Virus record (IMG/VR): IMGVR_UViG_3300045988_096784 | Direction: 5' to 3' (one strand) | Source of the DNA: a virus | Length of the DNA: 64,000 nucleotides | Part shown: positions 18,520-27,320 of the stretch, one piece after another | How positions within the stretch are numbered: the stretch's first letter is position 1 | Layout: every line of letters begins with the position of its first letter | Notes under the pieces: generated by a model | Database searches by the model: none | Told to the model about the DNA's origin: nothing | What the model saw: the letters and a program-made list of their open reading frames with translations, nothing else | Made by a program: the position numbers and the translations under genes

Positions 18520-18984
18520 TTACTCTACCAGTCGCCATAAGGCCGTAGGTAAATCTTCATGTGGCTCGATTGTTTCCCCTAAATGCCAACCATCCCGCAC
18601 ACTTTTATTATCGTCAATCAAAATAAAATTGCTAACCCCCGGCTCGAAGTATTTTCGCACACAGTTTGCTTTTGTTGTGCCATATTCCACAAGGTGGACT
18701 TTATGTGCGGGGAAGTTGTATTTTGCAAGCCAAGTGCGCTTTGCGTCACGGACAGCGGTTTTATATGAGTTAGAACTGTCTTTTGCAAGCCAACTGATAA
18801 CCCGAATTTCCCAGCCCTGTTCAATAAGTTTATTGAGAACGGTATTCAATTCTTCCATATCGCAAAGAGGTTTAGCGACTGTATATGGATAGGGGTTTTC
18901 ATTCATTAAATCTTTCAGCCATCCATCTACGCCGTACAGGTCAGCGATTGTTCCATCCATATCAAAGCAGAGCATCTTTTTCAT
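18520..18984 (-). CDS. HAD-superfamily hydrolase (5'-nucleotidase-like)
   Basis: N-terminal motif I LCFDMDGTIAD; length and C-terminal D-rich motif consistent with HAD phosphatases. Confidence 0.6.
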   Translation of the reverse strand: MKKMLCFDMDGTIADLYGVDGWLKDLMNENPYPYTVAKPLCDMEELNTVLNKLIEQGWEIRVISWLAKDSSNSYKTAVRDAKRTWLAKYNFPAHKVHLVEYGTTKANCVRKYFEPGVSNFILIDDNKSVRDGWHLGETIEPHEDLPTALWRLVE

Positions 18985-19183
18985 TTTGATTTACTTCCTT
19001 TCTTTAGGTTGATTAAAGTATATCAGATTTCGGGATAGAAAACAAGAGGCAAAATACACAAAATTTCGGTTGGAAAATTGTGCAACTTCTACAAAAGAGA
19101 AAATTCGGCGCGCCACGCACGTTAGCGCGCCGCCGAGAAACCTATTCAAAAAATGGGATAAAAAAGAGGGCTTCGGCCCTCTT

Positions 19184-19645
19184 TTAACTTTCACATATAT
19201 TTGCAAGAAATCTTGCAGAAAGTTTAACCATGTCATGGACAGATTCTTCGTTATTGCTATTTTTATAGCAAATAAAACCAACCTGGTCGCCATTCACAAG
19301 AATTGGTGTAATAAACATACTTTCCCATTTTGTCGCCGAACTGCGAATATCAATCCAGTCATCGGGAACCCTTGTAATTCCAAATGAACGCGGCCCGCAT
19401 AAAATTCCATCATTGTCAAAAATAGCCGCGGCGATTCTGTTAGATGAAAGGGCATTTTGCATTTGTTTAGCGTAAGAGGAAAATTCTCCCATTATAGAAT
19501 ATTTCTTAAAAACTACGCCGCCATCTTCTTCAAGAAAAATCTCTAATGGGTCGCCTTCTCTAATATGAAGGTTTCTACGGATTTCCTTTGGAATTACTAT
19601 CCGGCCCAAATCATCAATACGGCGCACAATTCCAGTAGCTTTCAT
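19184..19645 (-). CDS. AbrB/SpoVT-family transcriptional regulator (swapped-hairpin domain plus C-terminal domain)
   Basis: N terminus MKATGIVRRIDDLGRIVIPKEIRRNLHIREGDPLEIF is the AbrB/MazE/SpoVT barrel signature. Confidence 0.65.
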   Translation of the reverse strand: MKATGIVRRIDDLGRIVIPKEIRRNLHIREGDPLEIFLEEDGGVVFKKYSIMGEFSSYAKQMQNALSSNRIAAAIFDNDGILCGPRSFGITRVPDDWIDIRSSATKWESMFITPILVNGDQVGFICYKNSNNEESVHDMVKLSARFLANICES

Positions 19646-19697
19646 TTTTATCTGCGGGAGTGCAAGATTTATAGTCTTGCACTCCCTTCCTCCCTTC

Positions 19698-20090
19698 TTA
19701 ATCCAGTTCTTTCAACATCCGTTCGAGGTCAGCTTTAGTACCACCCAACTCAAGCGTAAGAATAATTTCCGTTACGGCATTTTTCTCCCAGTCGCTAACT
19801 TCCCGCATGGCCTTTTTCTTCTCGTTCTCCATAGCGGGGTAAATACAATCCTGGCAAGCCTCTACCAGCCGGTCATTATATCTGCGGAAACTCATCCCCT
19901 TGTTTTTAACCTCCGAAAGAAGTTCGTCGTTAAGGGCTTTTACCGCCTGCTTAACTTTCTCCTGCATGATTTTACACTCTGTCTCATAAGCGGAAAAGGT
20001 TTCATGGACAGCCTGCCTCTTGATTTCAGCCTTTACTCCAACTTCCTTTTCAATATACTCCCGAACAACCTTACTAACACGCATTTCCAA
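19698..20090 (-). CDS. hypothetical protein (130 aa)
   Basis: ORF; promoter TTGACA-17-TACAAT in minus orientation at about 20150-20185. Confidence 0.5.
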   Translation of the reverse strand: MEMRVSKVVREYIEKEVGVKAEIKRQAVHETFSAYETECKIMQEKVKQAVKALNDELLSEVKNKGMSFRRYNDRLVEACQDCIYPAMENEKKKAMREVSDWEKNAVTEIILTLELGGTKADLERMLKELD

Positions 20091-20179
20091 AACTTCCTTT
20101 CTTAATTTTAATTTTTATTTATCGGGGTCGCCCCTTCCATGGTCTTATTGTACCATAGTTGGGGCGATTTGTCAACCCC

Positions 20180-20332
20180 TTACATCAAAGTTTTTGCAAG
20201 ATACGCAAACATTAAAATCTCCGCCGCAAACATGATTTCAAGTCCTATGCAATCTCTTTCAATAGCGGCTACAAATTGCCATACCAGACATAGAACAAAA
20301 GCAATCAGAATTATCATGGTAAAAGTTGTCAT
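20180..20332 (-). CDS. small hydrophobic membrane protein (about 50 aa)
   Basis: Internal ATG with GGGGTGA ribosome-binding site; MTTFTMIILIAFVLCLVWQFVAAI. Confidence 0.4.
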   Translation of the reverse strand: MTTFTMIILIAFVLCLVWQFVAAIERDCIGLEIMFAAEILMFAYLAKTLM

Positions 20333-20336
20333 ATAC

Positions 20337-20594
20337 TCACCCCGCAAAGGAAACTTCCGCAAAGTTGATATTGAAACGCTCCCATTCACTTTCCATACCT
20401 AACATCATATCATGGAAAAGGTCATCACGATTTTCATATCCATCTTCTTCCAGAATAGCCTCCCATTCTCCATCGTCATATTGATTTTCCAGATAATCCA
20501 AAGCAGACTTGCGGGCGGCGATGGTATTAGACGCTACGCAGATAGGTTTATCGTCGTATCCGTCCGTGACCAAAATCATTTTCTTTTCTTCCAT
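20337..20594 (-). CDS. hypothetical acidic protein (about 85 aa)
   Basis: ORF trimmed to internal ATG with AAAGGAAAG ribosome-binding site. Confidence 0.45.
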   Translation of the reverse strand: MEEKKMILVTDGYDDKPICVASNTIAARKSALDYLENQYDDGEWEAILEEDGYENRDDLFHDMMLGMESEWERFNINFAEVSFAG

Positions 20595-20806
20595 GATTTT
20601 TTCTTTCCTTTCTTTCGAGGTGTTTCTGTCTCCCTCTTTCTGATAATAATATACCACAGGCAAAGCAGAAAGTCAAGCGATTTTAGGAAAAAATCTTTCG
20701 TCAGATTGCACAACAATTCGAGCCTAAAATTGTGCAAATTGCCTCTTGATAAAAAATTCCGGCCGCGCCTGTGGTGCACGGCCGGGCGAACGAATAAAAA
20801 AAAAGA

Positions 20807-20831
20807 ACCTCCTGAATTTCAGGAGGTCATT
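20807..20831 (-). terminator. rho-independent terminator aacctcctgaa-att-tcaggaggtt plus T9
   Basis: Stem followed by 9 T in minus orientation after stop of 20870-21103. Confidence 0.6.
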
Positions 20832-20869
20832 AATTTCTGCATACCAACAACTTCCTTTCTTTTGAGAAG

Positions 20870-21103
20870 TCAATCGGCATCTTCAACAATCTTTAATCCG
20901 TTTGCTTGGATAATTTTCATAGCTTCTTCAAGCGAGGAATCAACCGATCCGCAGTCGATACAGATATATTTTCTGCCATCTTTTACCATAGTAGTAAAAT
21001 AGTATTCTTGGCCAGAAACAAGGCCCATCTACTCTCGCAGTCTTACTGGAATCATGATACGCCCACTTGAATCTAATTTCCTTGAGAAAGTAGTTTCTTG
21101 CAT
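20870..21103 (-). CDS. second AbrB/MazE-type small DNA-binding protein (77 aa), one in-frame TAG
   Basis: MQETTFSRKLDSSGRIMIPVRLRE-TAG-MGLVSGQEYYF matches the swapped-hairpin motif; start without clear SD. Confidence 0.5.
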
Positions 21104-21509
21104 TTTGATAAATAAATTCTAGTGACCTAGGCTCGTGCGAAAAACGACTCCATCACGGGAATCGCCGATTTAGAACAATCGGAAGGAACATTTACCACTC
21201 GCAAGGCATTTTCTGGCAGAACTGAGACATAGGATAATTCTTGCAAGAATCCTAGTTCAAACAGAACTCCAAAATAACCGCAAGCGCTTTCAGCACTTCT
21301 AAGGTCATTAGAAAAACTCCTTTCTTTATTTTTCTATAATTATTATAATATATTTTTTTGAAAAAATCAATAGGGCCGGCATTACGCCAGCCCTAATCTC
21401 TGCAACCAAACCAGATGGTATTTACCAATGTGAAGTAGAACTGTGCCATATCCCTTATCCGTCCAGACAGTGGAGCCGATAGGATATGTGTGCGGTAAAC
21501 GCTCAATAC

Positions 21510-21725
21510 TCACTTTAGTTCCACCTCCTCGAAAGCTCCAATTTTTAGCAGATAATTATATAAGGCTCTATCTTGCTTGTCACCGGTATTAAAATCAAGT
21601 GTACGAACACAGCCGGTAACATTGGAATTGAGAGGATGACCCAAACACCAGCCAACCATATTACAAATTGTGTTTCCAAACTCCACAGACTTTTCTGCAC
21701 TTTCAAATTTAATAACAGCAATCAT
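21510..21725 (-). CDS. hypothetical protein (71 aa)
   Basis: ORF. Confidence 0.45.
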   Translation of the reverse strand: MIAVIKFESAEKSVEFGNTICNMVGWCLGHPLNSNVTGCVRTLDFNTGDKQDRALYNYLLKIGAFEEVELK

Positions 21726-21787
21726 ATTTATTCCTCCTTTTTATCGTGGGGAGTAGAGGTTTGTGGCCTCCACTCCCGCAAGTTTTC

Positions 21788-22027
21788 TTAATCATCTACA
21801 TAAATGATTAAATTGTTATCTCTTGCCTCAATGCCGGTTACCTGAAGTCCTAGAACCCATTCCTTAGATACCTCGATTACGTCTCCTCCCAGAGTTATTC
21901 TACCATCAGGTAATTCATGGTAATGAGCTTGGGTATTCTTATTGATAATTTCAAATCCCTCCCCGTCAAAGAACATAGTATCTTCTGCAAGCGGAGAAAG
22001 TAACCAAGCAACCATATCTAAAGTCAT
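21788..22027 (-). CDS. hypothetical protein (79 aa)
   Basis: ORF; promoter TTGACA-17-TGtTATTAT in minus orientation 22040-22075. Confidence 0.5.
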   Translation of the reverse strand: MTLDMVAWLLSPLAEDTMFFDGEGFEIINKNTQAHYHELPDGRITLGGDVIEVSKEWVLGLQVTGIEARDNNLIIYVDD

Positions 22028-22294
22028 TTTTTTTACTTCCTTTCAAATTCTTTTTGTGGCCTGTCCCTTTGGACAAGTATATAATAACACATGGCAAAAG
22101 GAATGTCAAGTAATTTCGGGAGAAAAACTTTCGTCGAATTGCACAGACTTTCGGTCATATAATTGTTGAAATTGCCGAATAAATAAAAATTCGGGCCGCG
22201 GCGCACGCTGGCGGCCCGGCGAAAAGTCAATATGGAAAAGTGCATAAAAATGACTGGCAATCTTTGTGTAGATTGCCAGTCAAGTATTATTCCT

Positions 22295-22528
22295 TTACAG
22301 CTCCATGGTTTCCATGAGATAGCCCGTGCCCATCGGCACCTCCCGCAGATTGCTGGGACTTATACGCAACTTATATTTCCTATTGATTTTATTCGCCGCA
22401 CTTGTCTTATCTCTTGCTTGGACAATTACTGGTATATGGAGTTTATTCAGAGTGGGCTTATTAAGACTGAAATATCCCATCTCTCTGCGCTTGCGGCCCA
22501 TGGCGTCGATATAAGTCCCTCTATACAT
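22295..22528 (-). CDS. hypothetical basic protein (77 aa)
   Basis: ORF followed by 12-bp hairpin terminator 22230-22262. Confidence 0.5.
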   Translation of the reverse strand: MYRGTYIDAMGRKRREMGYFSLNKPTLNKLHIPVIVQARDKTSAANKINRKYKLRISPSNLREVPMGTGYLMETMEL

Positions 22529-22684
22529 TTTTTTCCTCCTATTATTTAGTCATGAGAACGAACATATTATATTCGCTGTGCTGTGGGTTTGGCTCACAGT
22601 TATCCGCCACTATATCAGCCCAACTAAGAACTGCCCAGAGTAGGAGAGCGGCACAAATGCCGCCTCCTATCCGCTTAATAATTC

Positions 22685-22987
22685 TCATTTCCATTTCTTT
22701 GCCTCCTGTTCTTTAACCCATTCAGTACCGATTGTATCTCCGACCATAGCAACCTTATATTCGTCTTCGCTTGCAATTCTGGTATGCAGATTGCTATTGA
22801 TAAACTTTCTATTGATATAAGCCCAGTGTGGCATATAGGCCACTCGCATGGCATTAAAAGCATCCAGGTCTAAGATAATGCCGTCCTCTACCTCTGCGGA
22901 ACGCACATTCATCTTATACCGCAAAAGTTTAATAAATTCACGCTTTCTAAAAGTAGGCCCAACGAACCACTTAATATAATTGTTCAT
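22685..22987 (-). CDS. hypothetical protein (100 aa)
   Basis: ORF. Confidence 0.5.
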   Translation of the reverse strand: MNNYIKWFVGPTFRKREFIKLLRYKMNVRSAEVEDGIILDLDAFNAMRVAYMPHWAYINRKFINSNLHTRIASEDEYKVAMVGDTIGTEWVKEQEAKKWK

Positions 22988-23254
22988 AGTCTTTTATCCT
23001 TTCTCCCCGTATAGCCGTTAGGTCAGCTTCTTTTTAATCTACGATTTCTCCACTGGATAAATCCACAATCCAATGATTAGGATTGACTATCTCGTGACTG
23101 ACCTTCCATCTTGCCATTGAAAGGGTGGATGGTTCATAATAGCGCATTTTCTCATTGGCTAAAACTTGTAACTGATACATATAGTATGCCCCTTTCTTTT
23201 AATTATTATAACCCTGCCTTGCCTTGTGTTTTGCAAGGCAGGGTTTATAAACTG

Positions 23255-23629
23255 TTATCCTCTAATTTCTTCTTCTTGGGTCTTTGTCGCCCAATCAAAA
23301 GAGGTACGAACATCGGAAGGTCTGCGGAATTGCTCTGCTTCGGCTTTCGTTCCACCTAATGCCATAGCATAGGCTTTCCAGTCAACCGTTCCTTTTGCGG
23401 TAGTTTCTTTATATACCACCGCTTTCGCCTTACCCTGTATTTGTACCGTGCCATATAGATAACTTGTTTTGTCCGTAGCCTTAAAAGCCTTACCTAATCT
23501 GGAGAATAGCTCTTTAGCCTTAGCCTTAGCTGCTTTCTCCGCCGCCTCCGCCGCAGACTTAGCCATCTTAGCCGCCATATACTCCATAATAATGGCTCGA
23601 TCTTCATTGGTAAAATCAATCTTTTTCAT
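23255..23629 (-). CDS. hypothetical Ala/Lys-rich protein (about 124 aa)
   Basis: ORF trimmed to ATG with AAAGGGAG ribosome-binding site. Confidence 0.5.
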   Translation of the reverse strand: MKKIDFTNEDRAIIMEYMAAKMAKSAAEAAEKAAKAKAKELFSRLGKAFKATDKTSYLYGTVQIQGKAKAVVYKETTAKGTVDWKAYAMALGGTKAEAEQFRRPSDVRTSFDWATKTQEEEIRG

Positions 23630-24122
23630 ACTCTTTTGACTCCCTTTCTTTTTGTGGTGTGGTTCTCTTTTGTTCTGTCTGTATTGTATCAAACCTTTAG
23701 CAGTTTGTCAATACCTTTTTTGAAATTTTTTAATTTTCAAAGTGCCGTGCTTTTGTCTCTGTCCTACTGGACAAGTCCAGTTTACCACCAAAACACTCAC
23801 TTGTCAATAGTTTTTTTGAAATTTCTTTCTCTCTCTCTTGCACAAAATAAATAACATCTTGTTGTGCAGTTTGCACAAACCCTTTACGCGCGTATTCCTT
23901 TAGGGGCGTGCTTTCTTGCTTTCGTACTTTAACGAGTGAAAGAGGCCAACTACACTTCAATACTTTACCATGTGAAAGAGGGGCGCGTATTTTGGGAAAA
24001 ACTGGAAATTTTTTTGTAAAATCGTTCTGCCACGCCATTTCAAAATCTAAATCGACTTTTCAATCTCAATAACGAAAAAGAGAGAAGAACTCACTTCTTC
24101 TCTCCGCATTTACAATATAATC

Positions 24123-24365
24123 TTATCCATCGTCGGTTGCTTCAAAATTAAAAATCAAATTATATCCATCCTCAGTTTCTATCATTTCATATCCTTTTAA
24201 GATATATCCATCCTCTAGTTTAATATTAGTCGCATCAGATCTCCACATTGTAGGAATATACTCTAGCCTTGGATAACGATCGTTCTCCTTTCCGCAAGCA
24301 GTTAACAACAATACGATTAATATTATGTTAATTATAAAGCTGATACTTCTTCCCAATTTTATCAA
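24123..24365 (-). CDS. putative lipoprotein (signal peptide with lipobox LLTAC)
   Basis: TTG start after GGAGG; MIKLGRSISFIINIILIVLLLTACGK. Confidence 0.5.
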   Translation of the reverse strand: MIKLGRSISFIINIILIVLLLTACGKENDRYPRLEYIPTMWRSDATNIKLEDGYILKGYEMIETEDGYNLIFNFEATDDG

Positions 24366-24765
24366 TTTCTTCCGCCTCCATTGGCCTAAATCCAATACAC
24401 GTCAAAGTCCCTTCCGGGCCTTCACGCTCTAACTCCGTCCTACAAGCATCATAAATAAGCCAGTAGTCTTTATTCTCTTCCCATCCTAATTCTTTAGCCA
24501 TTGCAACAGCTTTTAGCAAATCATTCTTATTCTTCGCTCTACAAACTACTTTGGTCTCCGCTTCCGCTATCCAGTTATGGAATAAGTCTCTATCGAGGCT
24601 TATTCCTATATGATACATAAGACCGTCTCTTTCTTTAACAACTTCTTTACTTCCCCAATATAACTTTTCCAAAAGAAAAGCAATAGAAGCATGGGAAACT
24701 TGTGCGGCAAGTTTCCCTGGAGACATATTTAAATCTCGTCTTGCGATAATTAATTGCTTGAACAT
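24328..24765 (-). CDS. peptidyl-tRNA hydrolase, PTH2 family
   Basis: Signature MSPGKLAAQVSHASIAF near the N terminus and about 115-aa core typical of PTH2. Confidence 0.6.
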   Translation of the reverse strand: MFKQLIIARRDLNMSPGKLAAQVSHASIAFLLEKLYWGSKEVVKERDGLMYHIGISLDRDLFHNWIAEAETKVVCRAKNKNDLLKAVAMAKELGWEENKDYWLIYDACRTELEREGPEGTLTCIGFRPMEAEEIDKIGKKYQLYN

Positions 24766-25517
24766 TTTTCCAAAACCTCCAAGAAAATTCTAAAATTGCG
24801 GGAATTGCGGTCTGGAATTGCAAAATAAATATTTGGAATATTATAATTGCGGGCTGCGTTTACGAGCAAGGTAGCGACCGTTGATGGATCTTGCATAAAA
24901 ACACCACAACCCCAGGCTCCCGCGATTAAATTTTCCACTCCTTTAGCCTCGGCAATTTGATACATAAAATTAATTCTCTCTTCCATTATCCTATTGTTTA
25001 GAGAAAGAGGAACTTGCTGATAAGTATGTGCTGTTCTATAATTAGGAGAAGCACAAGTAATTACATCAGCTAATTTTCTACTATCGTCTTTTTCAAAGAC
25101 TACATCAGGAGTATAGATAGCTCTATCAAGATATAGGGCTCGATTCAGTCTCTGTCTATTCCATGCGTAATAAGTATCATCAAAAGCAAGAAGAATAGGG
25201 TAAAGGTTGCTTTCGTGACACAATGCCTCTTCTTGTGCAGAGCTGCCTCCAAGGAAGTAACCACCTGGATGTTTATAGCTTGCATAATTTAAGATCGCAG
25301 TCTTGCTCCGATCGGTTAAACCGAATAGACAGGATACACTATCTTGGTCTTTAAGATAAAAGGTATTATGGTGGGTTTCTCGCGGTTTTTGCGGAAAAGG
25401 AAGATTGGGGCCAAAAATTTCAGAGTTTATAATTGCGCGATCTGTATCTTCCTTGAGTCTCACTTTAATGTCTGCGTAATGCGATTGCGCGTGTTGTTTG
25501 AGCTCTTCTCGTTTCAT
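24750..25517 (-). CDS. bacterial-type poly(ADP-ribose) glycohydrolase-like macrodomain protein (DUF2263/TIGR02452-like)
   Basis: PARG signature GGYFLGGSSAQEE (GGG-X6-8-QEE) plus downstream AGAWGCGVF glycine-rich macro motif. Confidence 0.6.
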   Translation of the reverse strand: MKREELKQHAQSHYADIKVRLKEDTDRAIINSEIFGPNLPFPQKPRETHHNTFYLKDQDSVSCLFGLTDRSKTAILNYASYKHPGGYFLGGSSAQEEALCHESNLYPILLAFDDTYYAWNRQRLNRALYLDRAIYTPDVVFEKDDSRKLADVITCASPNYRTAHTYQQVPLSLNNRIMEERINFMYQIAEAKGVENLIAGAWGCGVFMQDPSTVATLLVNAARNYNIPNIYFAIPDRNSRNFRIFLEVLEKCSSN

Positions 25518-25742
25518 TTGCAGTTTCCTTTCTTCCGTGCGGTTGGGCAGAAGTGGATAATTTAATTATCCCAATCTTCAAATAAAGTGTGTAAACTATT
25601 TGTTTCCGCCGCCAATCTCTTTAAATATTCTTTAAGAATTTTATTTTCTTTAACTTTAATTGCATAATCGCAAGTATTGTCGCAGTCTGGTGTGTACTAC
25701 CGACCGAATCTATTATAACAATAATCAATACAAGGACACATT

Positions 25743-26183
25743 TTACTCATATTTACACCCATTCATTCTACAGTCTATCGTGCATTGCCCTGACGCTCCT
25801 TCACAAGGAATAGCATCAGGATAGTATTCAAAATAAGACGAGGTTAATAGAACTTCATACCCAAGTTCCCGCAGTATTCTCTCTGCGACATACCTATCTC
25901 TTAACTTAATCCATTCTTCTCTGTTTACTTTTGTTTCTCTATCTATTTGATTTGAGGTGTCTACATCCACAGTTATAGTTCCATCACTAATAGAGATGGC
26001 CTCATCCAACCTTCTAAACCATTTTTTAAAGGGATTTTGAATATGCAATATATCTTCAGCATATTTGTCAAAATCTTCCGAAAATTTCATTATCTTTGTG
26101 CCTGTTTCGCTAACTATAAACAATTTTTCATCAACCCCAATCTTGTTAATAGACCTACTCCTCCGGGGACAGGAGTTGACCAT
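25743..26183 (-). CDS. hypothetical protein, C-terminal Cys cluster; true start uncertain (overlaps folD end)
   Basis: ORF; C terminus CEGASGQCTIDCRMNGCKYE. Confidence 0.4.
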   Translation of the reverse strand: MVNSCPRRSRSINKIGVDEKLFIVSETGTKIMKFSEDFDKYAEDILHIQNPFKKWFRRLDEAISISDGTITVDVDTSNQIDRETKVNREEWIKLRDRYVAERILRELGYEVLLTSSYFEYYPDAIPCEGASGQCTIDCRMNGCKYE

Positions 26184-26875
26184 ACCTTATTTTTACTTGC
26201 AATTTCATCAATTTCTACAAAGTCTCCAAGAATAATTCCTGCTTCATTTCTACGAATACCAACATCTATAACAATAGCATTAGGACAGGCTTCTCTTGTT
26301 AAGCTAAATTTTCCTACCGCAGAGATAATTAAATCCGCTTGTCTTGTTAAATAGAGTTTTGTGTTTATATCTGTTTTACTGTGACACATTGATACGGTCA
26401 TATTTCTATCTAGAAGAGCTTTAGCCATTGGCTTTCCTACAATATCGCTTCTTCCCAAAACAACAGCAGATTTACCTTCGTAGTTAAAGCCACATTTATC
26501 CAAATAATCTATAATTCCTCTTACTGTTGCTGGAGTAATATTACTCATTGGATTTAATCCATCTGCATCTTTAGAAACAGGTATTTGATTATAATTGAAA
26601 TCAATCCCGTCTGCTATTGGCATTTGGACTATTACAGCATCCCAATCTTTCACATGGTCTAAGATCAATCTTAACTCTACTGAACTATTAGCTCTAAACA
26701 CTTCTGCTTCCCAACCAAGAGCGTTAAAGTCTTTTATTTTATTACGAATATAAATTTGATTTGCGGGATCCTAGGCTGTTGCGTCGATAATCATGAGTGA
26801 TGGAACATTACCACTAATCTCCCGCAATTTGTTTACCTATTGTTGAAAATATTCTTTTATATTAATCTATTGCAT
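26114..26875 (-). CDS. folD: bifunctional methylene-THF dehydrogenase/cyclohydrolase FolD, reads through 3 in-frame TAG
   Basis: C-terminal domain matches FolD throughout (GKSAVVLGRSDIVGKPMA, TPVPGGVGLLT). N-terminal 58 codons (MQ-TAG-INIKEYFQQ-TAG-VNKLREISGNVPSLMIIDATA-TAG-DPANQIYIRNKIK) align to the FolD N terminus only if the 3 TAG are sense. ATG 10 nt after GGAGG. Confidence 0.75.
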
Positions 26876-27194
26876 CTGGATCAAGCCTCCAAGGATCACT
26901 AGTATCGTAATCAATCATTTCATAGAAAGATATTTCATTTTCATTAACTTCTAATACCTAGTGAGGAATACACTATACTTCATAATCAAAATCTTTATTA
27001 ATATGGTAAGAAGTATATATATGAATAGCAATAGGTCTAGGATCATTAACTCCCTAAATATCCCATAAACTTATTGCTTTATTTTGGAAGATTTCCTAAG
27101 CATACTATGGAGATATAGCAATACTGATTATTAAGATATTAAAATAATACTATGCTTTTTCCGGTAAATCTAAATATGGTTCGTCAAAGAACAT
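26862..27194 (-). CDS. hypothetical protein (110 aa) carrying 8 in-frame TAG; first gene of the leftward transcript, stop overlaps folD start
   Basis: ATG after AGGAG; minus promoter TTGATT-17-TATAAT at 27232-27260; frame open only if TAG is sense; ends TAA within ATGCAATAG of folD. Confidence 0.45.
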
Positions 27195-27231
27195 TGGCAA
27201 ACAAATCTCCTATCTTATTTTTTATAATTAT

Positions 27232-27296
27232 ATTATAGCATTTTTAAATAAATTAATCAAATAAGATTTGACAATCTAGTTTTTTTTTGTTATTAT
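27232..27296. promoter_or_regulatory. divergent promoter region: leftward TTGATT-17-TATAAT and rightward TTGACA-17-TATTAT
   Basis: Back-to-back consensus elements separating the minus-strand block from the plus-strand late operon. Confidence 0.55.
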
Positions 27297-27320
27297 ATGA
27301 GTATAAAAGGAGATGACAGT

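Noticed and set aside
22070-22110. Apparent plus-strand promoter-like motif GACAAGTATATAATA recurring in intergenic regions
   Set aside because: It is simply the reverse complement of the leftward promoters (-10 TATTATATA, -35 TTGACA)
22033-22260. 75-aa minus ORF
   Set aside because: Translates through the GC hairpin and operator module; no start context
23730-24038. 102-aa minus ORF
   Set aside because: Overlaps the 23838-23878 operator cluster and has no ribosome-binding site
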